DNA from: an uncultured Ferruginibacter sp.
GTDB taxonomy: Bacteria; Bacteroidota; Bacteroidia; Chitinophagales; Chitinophagaceae
Assembly (NCBI GenBank): GCA_964404845.1
Contig: CAYOLS010000001.1
Coordinates: 2,067 to 66,066, forward strand
Direction: 5' to 3'
Length of the DNA stretch: 64,000 bases
Shown piece by piece: positions 47,730 to 57,858 of this stretch (positions are counted from its first letter, which is position 1; each line of letters opens with the position of its first letter). A program made the translations under genes and the position numbers. The notes beneath the pieces are model-generated. The model had not been told where the DNA came from. It did no database searches and saw nothing but the letters and a program-made list of their open reading frames with translations.

Positions 47730-48803
47730 TTATTTTAAAAATGTTTCGATCTTATCGCAAATATCTTTTACTTCATGCAATTGCAAATCAAAATACAAAG
47801 GCAAAGCCAATACCCTTACACTATAGTCTTCAGAAACAGGGCACGACTCTCCTTTAAGGAAAGGCAGTACATTTAAGGATGGGAAGAAATACCTCCTGGT
47901 GTTTATATTATTTTCTGCCAGATTTTCCTTTACTTTCAATAGCACGTCCTCAGATCGAAAAAGGACCGGGTAATAAGCATAATTACACACAGTACCGGGC
48001 AGGGCTTCCGGCATAGAAAGCGGCAAATGCTTTAAATGTTCAGTGTATGCTTCAACCAGCATTTTTCTTTTAGCAATGATCTCTCCTACATATGGCAAAA
48101 CCGCCAACCCCATAGCAGCATGTATATCTGAACTTTTACCATTTACGCCAATTGAATAATAGTCATCACCAATATGCCCAAACTGGCGGTAAAGCATTAT
48201 CCGTTCTGCAATTTCGTCGTCGTTGGTTATTATAGCTCCGCCTTCTGCAGTATGAAATAGCTTGGTAGCATGAAAACTACAAGTAGATACATCTCCAAAA
48301 CTTAGCACTTGCTTATTGTTGTAAGTAGCACCAAAGGCATGAGCACCATCATAAATAAGTTTGATATTATGTTTTTTGCAGATCGCTTCCAGCTTTTCTA
48401 CATCGCAGGGATTCCCATAAACATGCGTAGCCATGATAGCACTTGTATTATCATTTATCAGGGCTTCTATTTTATCGGCATTAATGTTAAAATCTGTTTC
48501 ATTAATATCAGCAAAGACGGGGGTACATCCTTCCCAGATAATTGAATTGGTTGTAGCAACATAGGAAAAGGGAGTAGTTATGATCTCACCTTTTAAATTC
48601 AGCACTTTAATGGCTATTTGCAAGGCAATAGTACCGTTATTGACAAAGAATAAGTGCTTTACATCCAGGTATTCCTTAAGCTTGCTTTCCAGTTCCTGCA
48701 CCAAAGGACCGTTATTTGTCAACCAGTTACGTTCAAATATCCCGGACACATATTTTTGATAAATCTCTAAAGGCGGTAAAAATGGTTTTGTAACGTTGAT
48801 CAT
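47730..48803 (-). CDS. DegT-family aminotransferase, VioA-like
   Basis: VTKPFLP, WLTNNGP, NGTIAL, YDGAHAFG, SFHATKLFHTAEGG, RRYF. Confidence 0.88.
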   Translation of the reverse strand: MINVTKPFLPPLEIYQKYVSGIFERNWLTNNGPLVQELESKLKEYLDVKHLFFVNNGTIALQIAIKVLNLKGEIITTPFSYVATTNSIIWEGCTPVFADINETDFNINADKIEALINDNTSAIMATHVYGNPCDVEKLEAICKKHNIKLIYDGAHAFGATYNNKQVLSFGDVSTCSFHATKLFHTAEGGAIITNDDEIAERIMLYRQFGHIGDDYYSIGVNGKSSDIHAAMGLAVLPYVGEIIAKRKMLVEAYTEHLKHLPLSMPEALPGTVCNYAYYPVLFRSEDVLLKVKENLAENNINTRRYFFPSLNVLPFLKGESCPVSEDYSVRVLALPLYFDLQLHEVKDICDKIETFLK

Positions 48804-48924
48804 TTAAATAATCTTATTATTAAATTTTATAGGTTAGCGGTAATATCTTACTGAAAACTACCAAATGTATCGAATAATTGAGTAAAACAAATTAGTTAAG
48901 ATGCTTAAAAAAGATACTGAACCG

Positions 48925-49869
48925 CTAATTATTGAGCAAGGGTTTTTCTTTTCTCTTATAATCTTCATAAACGGTACTGATGCCATCTTTTAATTCAATC
49001 GAATATCTCCATCCCATCTCATTGATCTTGCTCACATCCATCAGCTTCCTCGGTGTACCATCCGGTTTACTGGCATCAAATACCAGCTCCCCCTCATATC
49101 CCACGATATCTTTTATAAGTAGGGCAAGGTCTTTTATCGACAGATCCTTGCCTGTCCCCACATTCACACAACCCTCTTCATTATAGCTTTCCATCAGGAA
49201 GATGCAGGCTTCCGCCATATCATCCACATGTAAAAACTCTCTTAAAGGCGTTCCGCTTCCCCATACCGTTACTGTAGGATCGCTGTTTTTTTTTGCCTCA
49301 TGAAATTTTCGCAGCAATGCCGGCAATACATGAGAATTGTTCAGGTCGTAATTGTCATTCGGGCCATACAGGTTGGTAGGCATGGCGCTGATGAAATTAC
49401 AGCCATATTGCGACCGGAATGCATCACATAATTTAATGCCGGCGATCTTTGCAATGGCATAAGGCTCGTTGGTTGGTTCAAGCGTACCTGTAAGAAGGTA
49501 TTCTTCCTTTAAAGGTTGCGGCGCATTCTTAGGATAAATGCAGCTACTACCAAGAAACAGTAATTTTTTAACCCCAAACTCTTTCGCAGCATGGATGATA
49601 TTCGCTTCCATCAGCAGGTTATCGTAAATAAATTCTGCCCGGTAAGTATTATTGGCCTGTATACCTCCTACTTTGGCTGCGGCTAAAAAAACATAATCTG
49701 GACGCTGTTGCTCAAACAGGTCTTTAACCGCCTGCTGGTTCCGCAGATCAGTTTCTTTGGATGTTTTTAATAAAAAATTATTATAGCCTTTATTCAAAAG
49801 GTTCCTGTGAATGGCCGAGCCTACCATTCCTTTGTGCCCGGCAATGTATATTTTGTCTGAATAGTTCAT
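48925..49869 (-). CDS. fcl: GDP-L-fucose synthase
   Basis: [47 protein letters not shown]. Confidence 0.97.
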   Translation of the reverse strand: MNYSDKIYIAGHKGMVGSAIHRNLLNKGYNNFLLKTSKETDLRNQQAVKDLFEQQRPDYVFLAAAKVGGIQANNTYRAEFIYDNLLMEANIIHAAKEFGVKKLLFLGSSCIYPKNAPQPLKEEYLLTGTLEPTNEPYAIAKIAGIKLCDAFRSQYGCNFISAMPTNLYGPNDNYDLNNSHVLPALLRKFHEAKKNSDPTVTVWGSGTPLREFLHVDDMAEACIFLMESYNEEGCVNVGTGKDLSIKDLALLIKDIVGYEGELVFDASKPDGTPRKLMDVSKINEMGWRYSIELKDGISTVYEDYKRKEKPLLNN

Positions 49870-49873
49870 AGGA

Positions 49874-50980
49874 TCAACTGATGGTTTTATTATAACCTTT
49901 ATCTTTTAATACAAGCTGCAACCTCATCAATGCAATATCTGCTGCAACCATTTCTTTCACCATCGACTGCAGATCGTATTTAGGTTCCCAGCCTAATTTT
50001 GTCTTTGCCTTAGTGGGGTCGCCGATCAACAGGTCTACTTCTGTCGGACGATAATAATGTTTATCAACAGCTACTACTGTTGTACCCGTCGTTATCTGGA
50101 ATTCAGGATCGCTGCAGGAAACTACTGCTGCTGTTTCATTTTCACCTTCGCCTTTAAATTCAAGCGCAATACCAACTTCAGCAAAGGCCATGCTCACAAA
50201 ATCCCTTACTGTAGTGGTTTTACCGGTTGCTATTACGAAATCTTCTGCCACATCCTGTTGCAAAATGAGCCACATGGCTTCTACATAATCCTTTGCATGC
50301 CCCCAGTCCCGTTGGGCATTTAAATTGCCCAGCCACAATTTGTCCTGCATGCCTAAGGCAATCTCTGCAACGGCTCTCGTGATCTTTCTTGTTACAAAAG
50401 TTTCGCCACGCAAAGGGCTTTCATGGTTGAACAAAATACCATTGCAGGCATAAATATTATATGCTTCCCTGTAGTTCACCGTTATCCAGAAGGCATATTG
50501 CTTTGCTACCGCATAAGGAGAGCGTGGATAGAAAGGAGTAGTTTCAGACTGCGGAACAGCCTGTACTTTGCCATACAGCTCCGAAGTGGAGGCCTGGTAA
50601 ATCCTTGTTTTATTTTCCAGCTTTAAAATGCGTACAGCCTCCAGCAAACGCAGTGTGCCAATGGCATCTGTATTGGCTACATATTCCGGTGTGTCAAAGC
50701 TCACGTGCACATGGCTCATGGCTCCCAGGTTGTATATCTCGTCGGGTTGTACTTCCTGTATGATGCGGATCAGGTTGGTAGAATCCGTCAGGTCACCATA
50801 ATGCAGTTTAAACCGCAGGTTTTTTTCATGCGGATCCTGGTAAATATGATCGATCCTTTGTGTATTGATCTGCGACGATCTTCTTTTGATACCATGCACT
50901 TCATAACCTTTTGATAACAAAAGATCGGCTAAATAAGCTCCGTCCTGCCCGGTAACACCTGTTATTAAAGCAACTTTCAT
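49874..50980 (-). CDS. gmd: GDP-mannose 4,6-dehydratase
   Basis: [45 protein letters not shown]. Confidence 0.97.
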   Translation of the reverse strand: MKVALITGVTGQDGAYLADLLLSKGYEVHGIKRRSSQINTQRIDHIYQDPHEKNLRFKLHYGDLTDSTNLIRIIQEVQPDEIYNLGAMSHVHVSFDTPEYVANTDAIGTLRLLEAVRILKLENKTRIYQASTSELYGKVQAVPQSETTPFYPRSPYAVAKQYAFWITVNYREAYNIYACNGILFNHESPLRGETFVTRKITRAVAEIALGMQDKLWLGNLNAQRDWGHAKDYVEAMWLILQQDVAEDFVIATGKTTTVRDFVSMAFAEVGIALEFKGEGENETAAVVSCSDPEFQITTGTTVVAVDKHYYRPTEVDLLIGDPTKAKTKLGWEPKYDLQSMVKEMVAADIALMRLQLVLKDKGYNKTIS

Positions 50981-50994
50981 CCTGTTAATTATTT

Positions 50995-51492
50995 TTATAC
51001 CTTCTCTTTATTTCCTTCTTTATTCACCCAACCTGTTTGCCTGGCGGGGTTGCCGGTCATCAAGGCATAAGCCGGCACATCTCTGGTAACCACTGCCCCG
51101 GCGCCGATCATGGCATATTCGCCGATCGTAATTCCGCAAATAACAGTGGCATTTGCACCAATGGTTGCACCCTGCTGCACCAATGTTGGCTTAAACTCAT
51201 CCTTGCGTTCTATAAAACTACGGGGATTGATCACATTGGTAAATACTACCGATGGACCAATGAATACATCATCTTCCAGTGTTACCCCGTTGTACACGGA
51301 TACATTGTTCTGGACCTTTACCCCGTTGCCGATCTTCACATTATTGTCTACAAACACATTCTGACCAAGAATACAGTTGCTGCCGATAACCGCAGCAGGC
51401 ATCACATGACAAAAATGCCATATAAAAGTATCGTTGCCGATACTGGCTCCTTCATCGATCACAGCAGTAGAATGTATCACTGGTAATGACAT
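50995..51492 (-). CDS. Hexapeptide N-acyltransferase, WbpD/WlbB-like
   Basis: [41 protein letters not shown]. Start MSLPV at 51492; the ORF-track extension is repeat-derived. Confidence 0.9.
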   Translation of the reverse strand: MSLPVIHSTAVIDEGASIGNDTFIWHFCHVMPAAVIGSNCILGQNVFVDNNVKIGNGVKVQNNVSVYNGVTLEDDVFIGPSVVFTNVINPRSFIERKDEFKPTLVQQGATIGANATVICGITIGEYAMIGAGAVVTRDVPAYALMTGNPARQTGWVNKEGNKEKV

Positions 51493-51498
51493 ATCCGG

Positions 51499-51586
51499 CA
51501 AATTTAACTTAAATAACAATCTTTCCTGCACCCGTTCCTGAAACTCCTGAAACCTTCTCAACCTCTTGAAGCTTCCTGTATCTTTG
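51499..51586. promoter_or_regulatory. Divergent Bacteroidota -7 promoter boxes separated by a 9-nt periodic repeat
   Basis: TAAATTTG (minus, 51499-51506) is 6 nt from ATG 51492; TATCTTTG (plus, 51579-51586) is 4 nt from ATG 51591. TTCCTGAAA-like units lie at 51521-51578. Confidence 0.65.
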
Positions 51587-51590
51587 CACC

Positions 51591-53495
51591 ATGCATTACG
51601 CTTCGGTAGAAAATCTCACCAAATCATTTGGTATAAGAACCCTTTTCAAAAACATCACTTTTCATATAGAAGAAGGCGATAAGATAGCACTGGTTGCCCG
51701 GAATGGCAGCGGTAAAAGCACTTTAATGAAAATTATTGCCGGCATGGATACGGCTGACAGTGGTACTGTTTGGATTCATAAAGACATTAAAACAGTGATG
51801 TTGCAACAGGACAACGATTTTGATGGCAACAAAACCATTTGGGACAATGTGCTGCGTTTAGACCATCCTGTAGTGAAAGCCGTGAAAGAGTATGAAGTCT
51901 ACCTGGAAGAAGGATCTGATGACCATGATCACCTGGGCGAATTAATGGCCAAACTGGATGACCTGGATGCCTGGAGCTTTGAAAGCGACCTGAAACAAAT
52001 ATTAGGTAAACTTAACATTCACCACCTCACCGAAAAAGTAGGCAACCTGAGTGGCGGGCAGAAAAAAAGAGTAGCCTTGGCACAGGCACTCGTGGAAGCG
52101 CAACTCTATGAAGGCAATTGCCTGCTGATAATGGATGAACCTACCAACCACCTGGATGTTGGTATGATAGAATGGCTGGAAGAATACCTCGGCGCCGCCA
52201 AGATCACTCTGCTGCTGGTAACACATGACCGCTATTTTTTAGATGCCGTGTGCAACGAGATCATTGAAATTGACGATGAGAAAGTATATGTGTACAAAGG
52301 CGACTATGATTATTTTTTAGAACAAAAAGCCTTGCGCCAGGAAGTGCAGCAGAGCGAACTGCAGAAAGATAAAAATATTTTCCGCAAAGAGCTGGAATGG
52401 ATGAGAAAGCAGCCCAAGGCCCGTACTACCAAGAGCAAGAGCCGGCAGGATGCTTTTGCAGAAGTAGAGGAAAGGGTGAAGCAACAGAAAGACGTAGCAG
52501 AAGTAACGCTGCAAATGAAAATGACCAGGCTGGGTGGAAAAATCCTGGAGCTTAAAAAAGTAAACAAATCTTTCGGCGACCTGGTGATCATGAAAGGGTT
52601 TGACTATACATTTAAAAGAGGCGAACGTATTGGCGTGGTAGGAAAAAATGGCGTGGGCAAATCAACCTTTTTAAAAATTGCTTTGCAGCAGGAATTGCCA
52701 GACAGCGGAAAGATCAATCATGGTGATACGGTTGTGTTTGGCAACTTCAGCCAGGACGGGCTGGTTTACAAAGAAGACAAACGTGCTATTGAATATGTAA
52801 AAGATATGGCCGAATATTTCCCGCTGGCTGACGGAAGTAAATTATCTGCCAGCATGTTCATGGAAAAATTCGGATTCTCCGCAGAGCAGCAATACACACC
52901 ACTAAGCAAACTAAGTGGTGGAGAAAAAAGAAGGCTGCATTTGATGAGCGTGTTGTTCACCAACCCCAACTTTTTGGTGCTGGATGAACCTACCAACGAC
53001 CTCGACCTGCAAACGCTCCGCACACTGGAGGAATTTTTAATGGATTTCCCGGGCTGTATTTTAATTGTAAGCCACGATCGTTATTTCATGGACAGGATGG
53101 TGGACCACTTGTTTGCATTTGAAGGCAATGGAGTGATCAGGGATTTCCCCGGCAACTATACACAGTACCGGGAAGCTTTGGCAAAAGGTTTACTGGAGCA
53201 GCAGGACCAACAGATCATGAAGAGTGCGCCGGAAGAGGAAGAGAAGAAGACAACCGAGGAAAGACAATCGACACCCGAAGCTCCAAAGAAGCTAACCTTC
53301 AAGGAAAAGTTTGAGCTGGAGCAATTGGAAAAGGACATGCCGAAGTTGCAGGAAGAAAAAAGGCTGCTGGAAGAAAAATTAACTACTACACAGGATTATA
53401 CAGAACTGCAAAAAGCATCGGACCGCATCAGTGCTATTATCAGCGAGCTGGATGAGAAGGAAATGAGGTGGCTGGAGCTGAGTGAAAAAGCGTGA
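51591..53495 (+). CDS. uup: ABC-F family ATPase (Uup-like)
   Basis: Two ABC domains ([20 protein letters not shown] and [22 protein letters not shown]), linker [11 protein letters not shown]-terminal coiled coil ending RWLEL; no TM. Confidence 0.88.
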   Translation: MHYASVENLTKSFGIRTLFKNITFHIEEGDKIALVARNGSGKSTLMKIIAGMDTADSGTVWIHKDIKTVMLQQDNDFDGNKTIWDNVLRLDHPVVKAVKEYEVYLEEGSDDHDHLGELMAKLDDLDAWSFESDLKQILGKLNIHHLTEKVGNLSGGQKKRVALAQALVEAQLYEGNCLLIMDEPTNHLDVGMIEWLEEYLGAAKITLLLVTHDRYFLDAVCNEIIEIDDEKVYVYKGDYDYFLEQKALRQEVQQSELQKDKNIFRKELEWMRKQPKARTTKSKSRQDAFAEVEERVKQQKDVAEVTLQMKMTRLGGKILELKKVNKSFGDLVIMKGFDYTFKRGERIGVVGKNGVGKSTFLKIALQQELPDSGKINHGDTVVFGNFSQDGLVYKEDKRAIEYVKDMAEYFPLADGSKLSASMFMEKFGFSAEQQYTPLSKLSGGEKRRLHLMSVLFTNPNFLVLDEPTNDLDLQTLRTLEEFLMDFPGCILIVSHDRYFMDRMVDHLFAFEGNGVIRDFPGNYTQYREALAKGLLEQQDQQIMKSAPEEEEKKTTEERQSTPEAPKKLTFKEKFELEQLEKDMPKLQEEKRLLEEKLTTTQDYTELQKASDRISAIISELDEKEMRWLELSEKA

Positions 53496-53590
53496 ATGGT
53501 TTGTGGTAAGTGGCAAGTGGGATGCGGATATTCCCACTTGCCACTCCCTATTCCCCACTTACTATTCCCCATACACCCTCACCTCACACA
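53493..53590. repeat. 7-nt periodic inverted repeat between convergent genes; possible bidirectional terminator
   Basis: NNNGTGG-like units x5, then CCACTTN-like units x7. Perfect 14-bp core AGTGGCAAGTGGGA (53509-53522) / TCCCACTTGCCACT (53532-53545). Confidence 0.8.
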
Positions 53591-54952
53591 TTGTAATATC
53601 TTCCTCAGCAATTCATTCTCATCAAAATTCTTAAAGCCCAGCCTTACGATTACTAATTTTTTAGAAGGGATGATAAATACATATTGTCCTGCATACCCAT
53701 CCGCATAGAACATATCCGCAGAAGCCGCAGAAAACTTTCTTTGTGAGGGCATTTTCTTATCAAACCCATTCAGCCAGAACTGGTAACCGTACTGTTGTAA
53801 TTTATCCGCCGAAGAAGGAGCTGTTGTTCGCTTTACCCAATCGCTGGTAAACAATTGCTGCCCGTTCACCATACCGTTGTTGTAATACAGCAATCCAAAC
53901 CTTGCCCAGTCCTGTGCCGTAGCAAATACATATGAGGAACCCACCATAGTGCCACTGGCATCCGGTTCTATGATCGTATTGTACATGCCCAGTTTATAGA
54001 ACAGCGAATCATATATAAAAGAATGGTAGTTCTTATCGCCCACCGTTTGCCTTACGATCCTGCTTAGAATATTGCTGTTGCCACTGCTGTAGTAAAAATT
54101 TGTCCCGGGTTTATCTTTCAAAGGGCGGGAAGCAGTATAAGCAGCCATATCTGCTTTGTTGAACAGCATAATGGTAGCACTGCTGCTCTTATTGTAATTC
54201 TCCTCAAAATCAAGACCACTGGTTTGCTGCAATAAATTTTGCAATGTAATGGCATGACGTTTATCTTTTGCATCCGCCCATTCCGGCACAGGCGCCGGTT
54301 GTTGCACATCAAGCCTGCCCTGCTGCACCAGTAAACCGATCATCGCACTTGTAATACTCTTTGCCATTGACCAGCCAAGCATTTTCGAATTTTTATCAAA
54401 GCCCGGTGCATAGTTTTCGCTGATCAGCCTTCCGTCGTACACTACCAGCAATGCCCTTGCTTCCTGCTGGCCTTTTGCATTTGTTTTAAGCACTTCCTGT
54501 TTGCATAATTTAGCGAGCCTTGCAAATTCAATGTTTGCAGGAATATATTCTGCGGCCTTATTACCTGCCGGCCATTGCGCCGAATCCATTTGCACAGGCG
54601 CTTTTGCAAAGACAGGTGCCGGTTGTTTTTTAATTTCAGCTTCGCTTAATTCATTTACCAATGTGCAGCCAAAGCCTTCCCGGTAAATGGCTTTCTTTTT
54701 AGCCATTCCAAAAACAGTTGATGTTACTGATCTGTCGGCACTATCAACTTTATAATTTGCCAGTGATAATGGGAAGCTGCCCAATTCCTGCTCTTCCACA
54801 GACTTCGCATCCCTGCCTGCAACAAAAACACAGGAGCACATATTTTTTGCCGTAAAACCGCTCATGATGGGAAACGATACCCACGCATAACGTATGCCGT
54901 AGATCAACCCGGCGAGCAACAACAGCAATATGATCCGTTTCAGCAGTTTCAT
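53579..54952 (-). CDS. Serine hydrolase, beta-lactamase/class C-like superfamily
   Basis: SxxK (WSMAKS), LLQQTSGL, FYYSSGNS, YGYQFWLN, GYAGQ, IPSKKLVIVRLG; N-terminal TM. Confidence 0.88.
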   Translation of the reverse strand: MKLLKRIILLLLLAGLIYGIRYAWVSFPIMSGFTAKNMCSCVFVAGRDAKSVEEQELGSFPLSLANYKVDSADRSVTSTVFGMAKKKAIYREGFGCTLVNELSEAEIKKQPAPVFAKAPVQMDSAQWPAGNKAAEYIPANIEFARLAKLCKQEVLKTNAKGQQEARALLVVYDGRLISENYAPGFDKNSKMLGWSMAKSITSAMIGLLVQQGRLDVQQPAPVPEWADAKDKRHAITLQNLLQQTSGLDFEENYNKSSSATIMLFNKADMAAYTASRPLKDKPGTNFYYSSGNSNILSRIVRQTVGDKNYHSFIYDSLFYKLGMYNTIIEPDASGTMVGSSYVFATAQDWARFGLLYYNNGMVNGQQLFTSDWVKRTTAPSSADKLQQYGYQFWLNGFDKKMPSQRKFSAASADMFYADGYAGQYVFIIPSKKLVIVRLGFKNFDENELLRKILQCVR

Positions 54953-54983
54953 TTTTTATTTCGAATGTACGACAAGATAAACC

Positions 54984-55078
54984 CTCTGCATTCTTTGCGT
55001 GCATTTTCTCTTTGCGTTTGGCTACGGTTAAAACTAAACCGCAAAGGTCGCAGAGGTTTTCGCAAAGGTCGCAGAGAC
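54984..55078. repeat. CGCAAAG/CGCAGAG 9-nt periodic palindromic repeat
   Basis: Exact direct repeat CGCAAAGGTCGCAGAG at 55040-55055 and 55061-55076; degenerate inverted copies CTCTGC..CTTTGCG at 54984-55030. Confidence 0.75.
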
Positions 55079-55138
55079 ATTTCAAATTTAGTTCTAACTT
55101 CAAAGCATCAAATAAACATTTCCAGCCAATCTTTCTGC

Positions 55139-56290
55139 ATGAACCAACGATATTATTCCCTTGATGTTTTCCGTGGCGCCACTGTAGCGCTCATGATACT
55201 GGTAAACAATCCCGGCACCTGGAGCCATATTTACGACCCGCTGGAACATGCCAGCTGGCACGGCGTAACACCTACTGACCTTGTGTTTCCCTTCTTTTTA
55301 TTTGCTGTAGGCAATGCAATGGCATTTGTGATGCCGAAGCTGGAAACCGGTGGCGATGCTGCTTTCTGGAAAAAAGTAATAAAAAGGACCCTGCTCATTT
55401 TCGGCATCGGCCTGCTGCTGCACTGGTTCCCTTTTGTACGCTATAATGGCGAAGGCGAGCTGGTGGCCCGCAAATGGGAGACGCTGAGGATATTTGGCGT
55501 TTTGCAAAGGATCGCCCTCTGTTATTTTTTTGCATCCGTCATTGTATATTATTTAAAGCTGAAAGGCAGTTTTGTATTCAGTGCTTTTTTATTGCTGGCT
55601 TACTGGTTCCTCTGTATTGCGGGCAATCCTGCTGACCCTTATAGCTTGCATGGCTGGTTCGGTACAGCGATAGACAAATCTATCATTGGCGAAAAACATA
55701 TGTACACAGGCGAAGGCATTCCATTTGACCCCGAAGGCCTCATGAGCACTTTCGCCGCCATTGTTCAGGTAATACTGGGATACATTGCCGGCAACTATAT
55801 TCTCAGCAAAGGAAAAACACATGAAATGCTGAACGGACTTTTTGTAGCAGGCTGCGTGCTCATCTTTACCGGCTTTTGCTGGGACATGGTCTTTCCGCTC
55901 AATAAGAAAATATGGACCAGCAGCTATACCATTTACACCACAGGTCTTGCATTATTGATTCTTGCATTGATGATCTACCTCATAGAATTCAAAAATGTCC
56001 GTGGCGCATGGAGCCGCTTTTTTGATGTATTTGGGAAAAATCCTCTGTTCATTTTTGTGCTGAGCGGCGCATTGCCACGGCTGCTGGGCCTTATCCGCAT
56101 ACCCAATGGCGTAACGGATGCAGGCAAACAAAAATTTCTCACTCCCTTTGCCTGGTTCTATGAAAAATGCTGCAAACCTTTGTTTGATGATCCAAGGAAC
56201 GGTTCACTGCTCTACGCCCTGTGCTTTATCAGCTTAATGTGGCTGCTGGCGTGGATATTAGACAAAAAGAAGATCTATATTAAGGTATAG
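55139..56290 (+). CDS. HGSNAT/NagX-like membrane acyltransferase
   Basis: SLDVFRG..VALMILVNNPG, HASWHG.TPTDLVFPFFLF, GVLQRI, DPEG, NKKIWTSS; start MNQR at 55139. Confidence 0.85.
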   Translation: MNQRYYSLDVFRGATVALMILVNNPGTWSHIYDPLEHASWHGVTPTDLVFPFFLFAVGNAMAFVMPKLETGGDAAFWKKVIKRTLLIFGIGLLLHWFPFVRYNGEGELVARKWETLRIFGVLQRIALCYFFASVIVYYLKLKGSFVFSAFLLLAYWFLCIAGNPADPYSLHGWFGTAIDKSIIGEKHMYTGEGIPFDPEGLMSTFAAIVQVILGYIAGNYILSKGKTHEMLNGLFVAGCVLIFTGFCWDMVFPLNKKIWTSSYTIYTTGLALLILALMIYLIEFKNVRGAWSRFFDVFGKNPLFIFVLSGALPRLLGLIRIPNGVTDAGKQKFLTPFAWFYEKCCKPLFDDPRNGSLLYALCFISLMWLLAWILDKKKIYIKV

Positions 56291-56388
56291 ATATTACCAG
56301 TTAATAAATCATAGGCACATTTGGCTAAGTAGGACCATCATTGTGTAAAAGGCCAGCCTACTTTTAAGCAAGTGTTCAATTATATGCA

Positions 56389-57819
56389 ATGAAAAAGATC
56401 TGGCTCCTTTTTACGGGTATCCTGTGTATGAATGTTTGTACAGCCCGTCCCGCACTGCTAAATATTTTAAATGAGCCGCTTTACTGGTGGTCCATATCCC
56501 TTTTCCTTATCGGGTTGCTGTTATTTTTCCTGTACAGCTATTACAGGAAATGGGCTTCTTTAAAACAGCAGGAAGCAAGGAACAAGGAACTGGAAATTTA
56601 CAAAACAGAACACTACCGTCACCAGCTGGAAATGGAGCAGGTGATCAATTATTTTACGCATTCCATTTACAGTCACCACACTTCAGAGGACATGCTCTGG
56701 GATGTTACCCGCAACTGTATTTCCAGGCTGGGTTTTGAAGATTGTGTGATCTACCTCGTAAACCCCGAAAAAAATGTGCTGGTGCAAAAAGCAGCCTGGG
56801 GGCCAAAAACAACAGATGAGAACAAGATCCTCAATCCCCTGGAAATACCTGTAGGGACAGGCATTGTTGGATATGTGGCCGAGACAGGCAATGCAGAGAT
56901 CATCAATGATACAAGCAAGGATAAACGTTATATCGTTGACGACCAGCAACGTGCCGCTGAAATTTGTGTACCTATCATCCAGCAGGGAAAAGTGATCGGC
57001 GTAATCGATTGCGAGCATTCGCAAAAAGGGTTTTATACGCAAAGACATTTGCAGATAATGGAAACCATTGCGGCGCTTTGTGCAGACCGCCTGCAAAAAA
57101 TTGCAGCCGATGCAGAAGTTCGAAAAAAAGAACTGCATCTCTCTGATTTAAAAGAAAACCTCGCCGCATCGCAGCTTACGGCTTTGCGGGCGCAGATGAA
57201 TCCACATTTTATTTTTAATGCACTCAACAGTGTACAGCAATACATTCTTTCCGGTGATGTGGACCAGGCCAACCGTTATCTTACCAAGTTCAGCAGGTTG
57301 CAGCGGGAAGTATTGAATCATTGCGACCAGCATTTCATCAGCCTGGAAAAAGAAATTGAAATGCTGCAGCTCTACCTTGAATTTGAACAACTCCGCTTCA
57401 GCGAAAGTTTTGAATACCATATTTCCCTTGCAGATGATATTGATCCTTCGGAAATAAAAATTCCGCCGATGATATTGCAGCCTTTCGTGGAAAATGCTAT
57501 CTGGCATGGCCTTATGCCACGGCAGGGAGAAAAAGAGTTGCGGGTGGAATTTGTTTTGAGAGATGATGGCGATATCCTTTTCTGCTCTGTAAAAGACAAT
57601 GGCATCGGTGCGGAAGCTTCCCGTCGCCTGAAACAAAACAGCGCCAGCGCAGGCCAGCACAAATCCAAAGGGCTTTCTCTTGTCATGGAAAGACTAAAAC
57701 TGCTGGAACAACAGTACAACCACCCCTTCCGGGCAGAAATGACGGATATACTCAACAACGACAACCAGGTGCAGGGCACCTGCATTAACCTGCAGGTTTT
57801 TATTGGAGATGAGGCATAA
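56389..57819 (+). CDS. LytS-family histidine kinase with a GAF domain
   Basis: GAF (GTGIVGYVAETG, EICVPI, VIGVID), LRAQMNPHFIFNALN, ILQPFVENAIWHG, DNGIG. Confidence 0.92.
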   Translation: MKKIWLLFTGILCMNVCTARPALLNILNEPLYWWSISLFLIGLLLFFLYSYYRKWASLKQQEARNKELEIYKTEHYRHQLEMEQVINYFTHSIYSHHTSEDMLWDVTRNCISRLGFEDCVIYLVNPEKNVLVQKAAWGPKTTDENKILNPLEIPVGTGIVGYVAETGNAEIINDTSKDKRYIVDDQQRAAEICVPIIQQGKVIGVIDCEHSQKGFYTQRHLQIMETIAALCADRLQKIAADAEVRKKELHLSDLKENLAASQLTALRAQMNPHFIFNALNSVQQYILSGDVDQANRYLTKFSRLQREVLNHCDQHFISLEKEIEMLQLYLEFEQLRFSESFEYHISLADDIDPSEIKIPPMILQPFVENAIWHGLMPRQGEKELRVEFVLRDDGDILFCSVKDNGIGAEASRRLKQNSASAGQHKSKGLSLVMERLKLLEQQYNHPFRAEMTDILNNDNQVQGTCINLQVFIGDEA

Positions 57820-57858
57820 TTTTCCCGTGCTTCTCCTTTTATTTTTTATTTTTATAAT

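Noticed and set aside
21648-51492. Invertible promoter or UpxY/RfaH antitermination control of the glycan locus
   Set aside because: I found no upxY/nusG paralogue, invertase or long promoter-flanking inverted repeats. The locus instead has many internal -7 boxes.
53496-53708. 70-aa Pro/His-rich ORF
   Set aside because: It is a translation of the heptamer repeat and is antisense to the serine hydrolase.
53579-54952. Antibiotic-resistance beta-lactamase
   Set aside because: The SxxK fold is shared by many esterases and amidases, and the long membrane-anchored N-terminus is unlike AmpC.
54750-55103. Minus-strand ORF with a Cys-rich LCDLCENLCDLCG motif, and the 58-aa N-terminal extension of the 54965 ORF
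   Set aside because: Both are translations of the CGCAAAGGTCGCAGAG repeat. The ORF overlaps the serine hydrolase in another frame, so it is not evidence for a metal-binding peptide or RiPP.
56291-56388. LytTR boxes upstream of the kinase (CCAGTT...ACATTT)
   Set aside because: The match is too short and the spacing is off; it is indistinguishable from chance.
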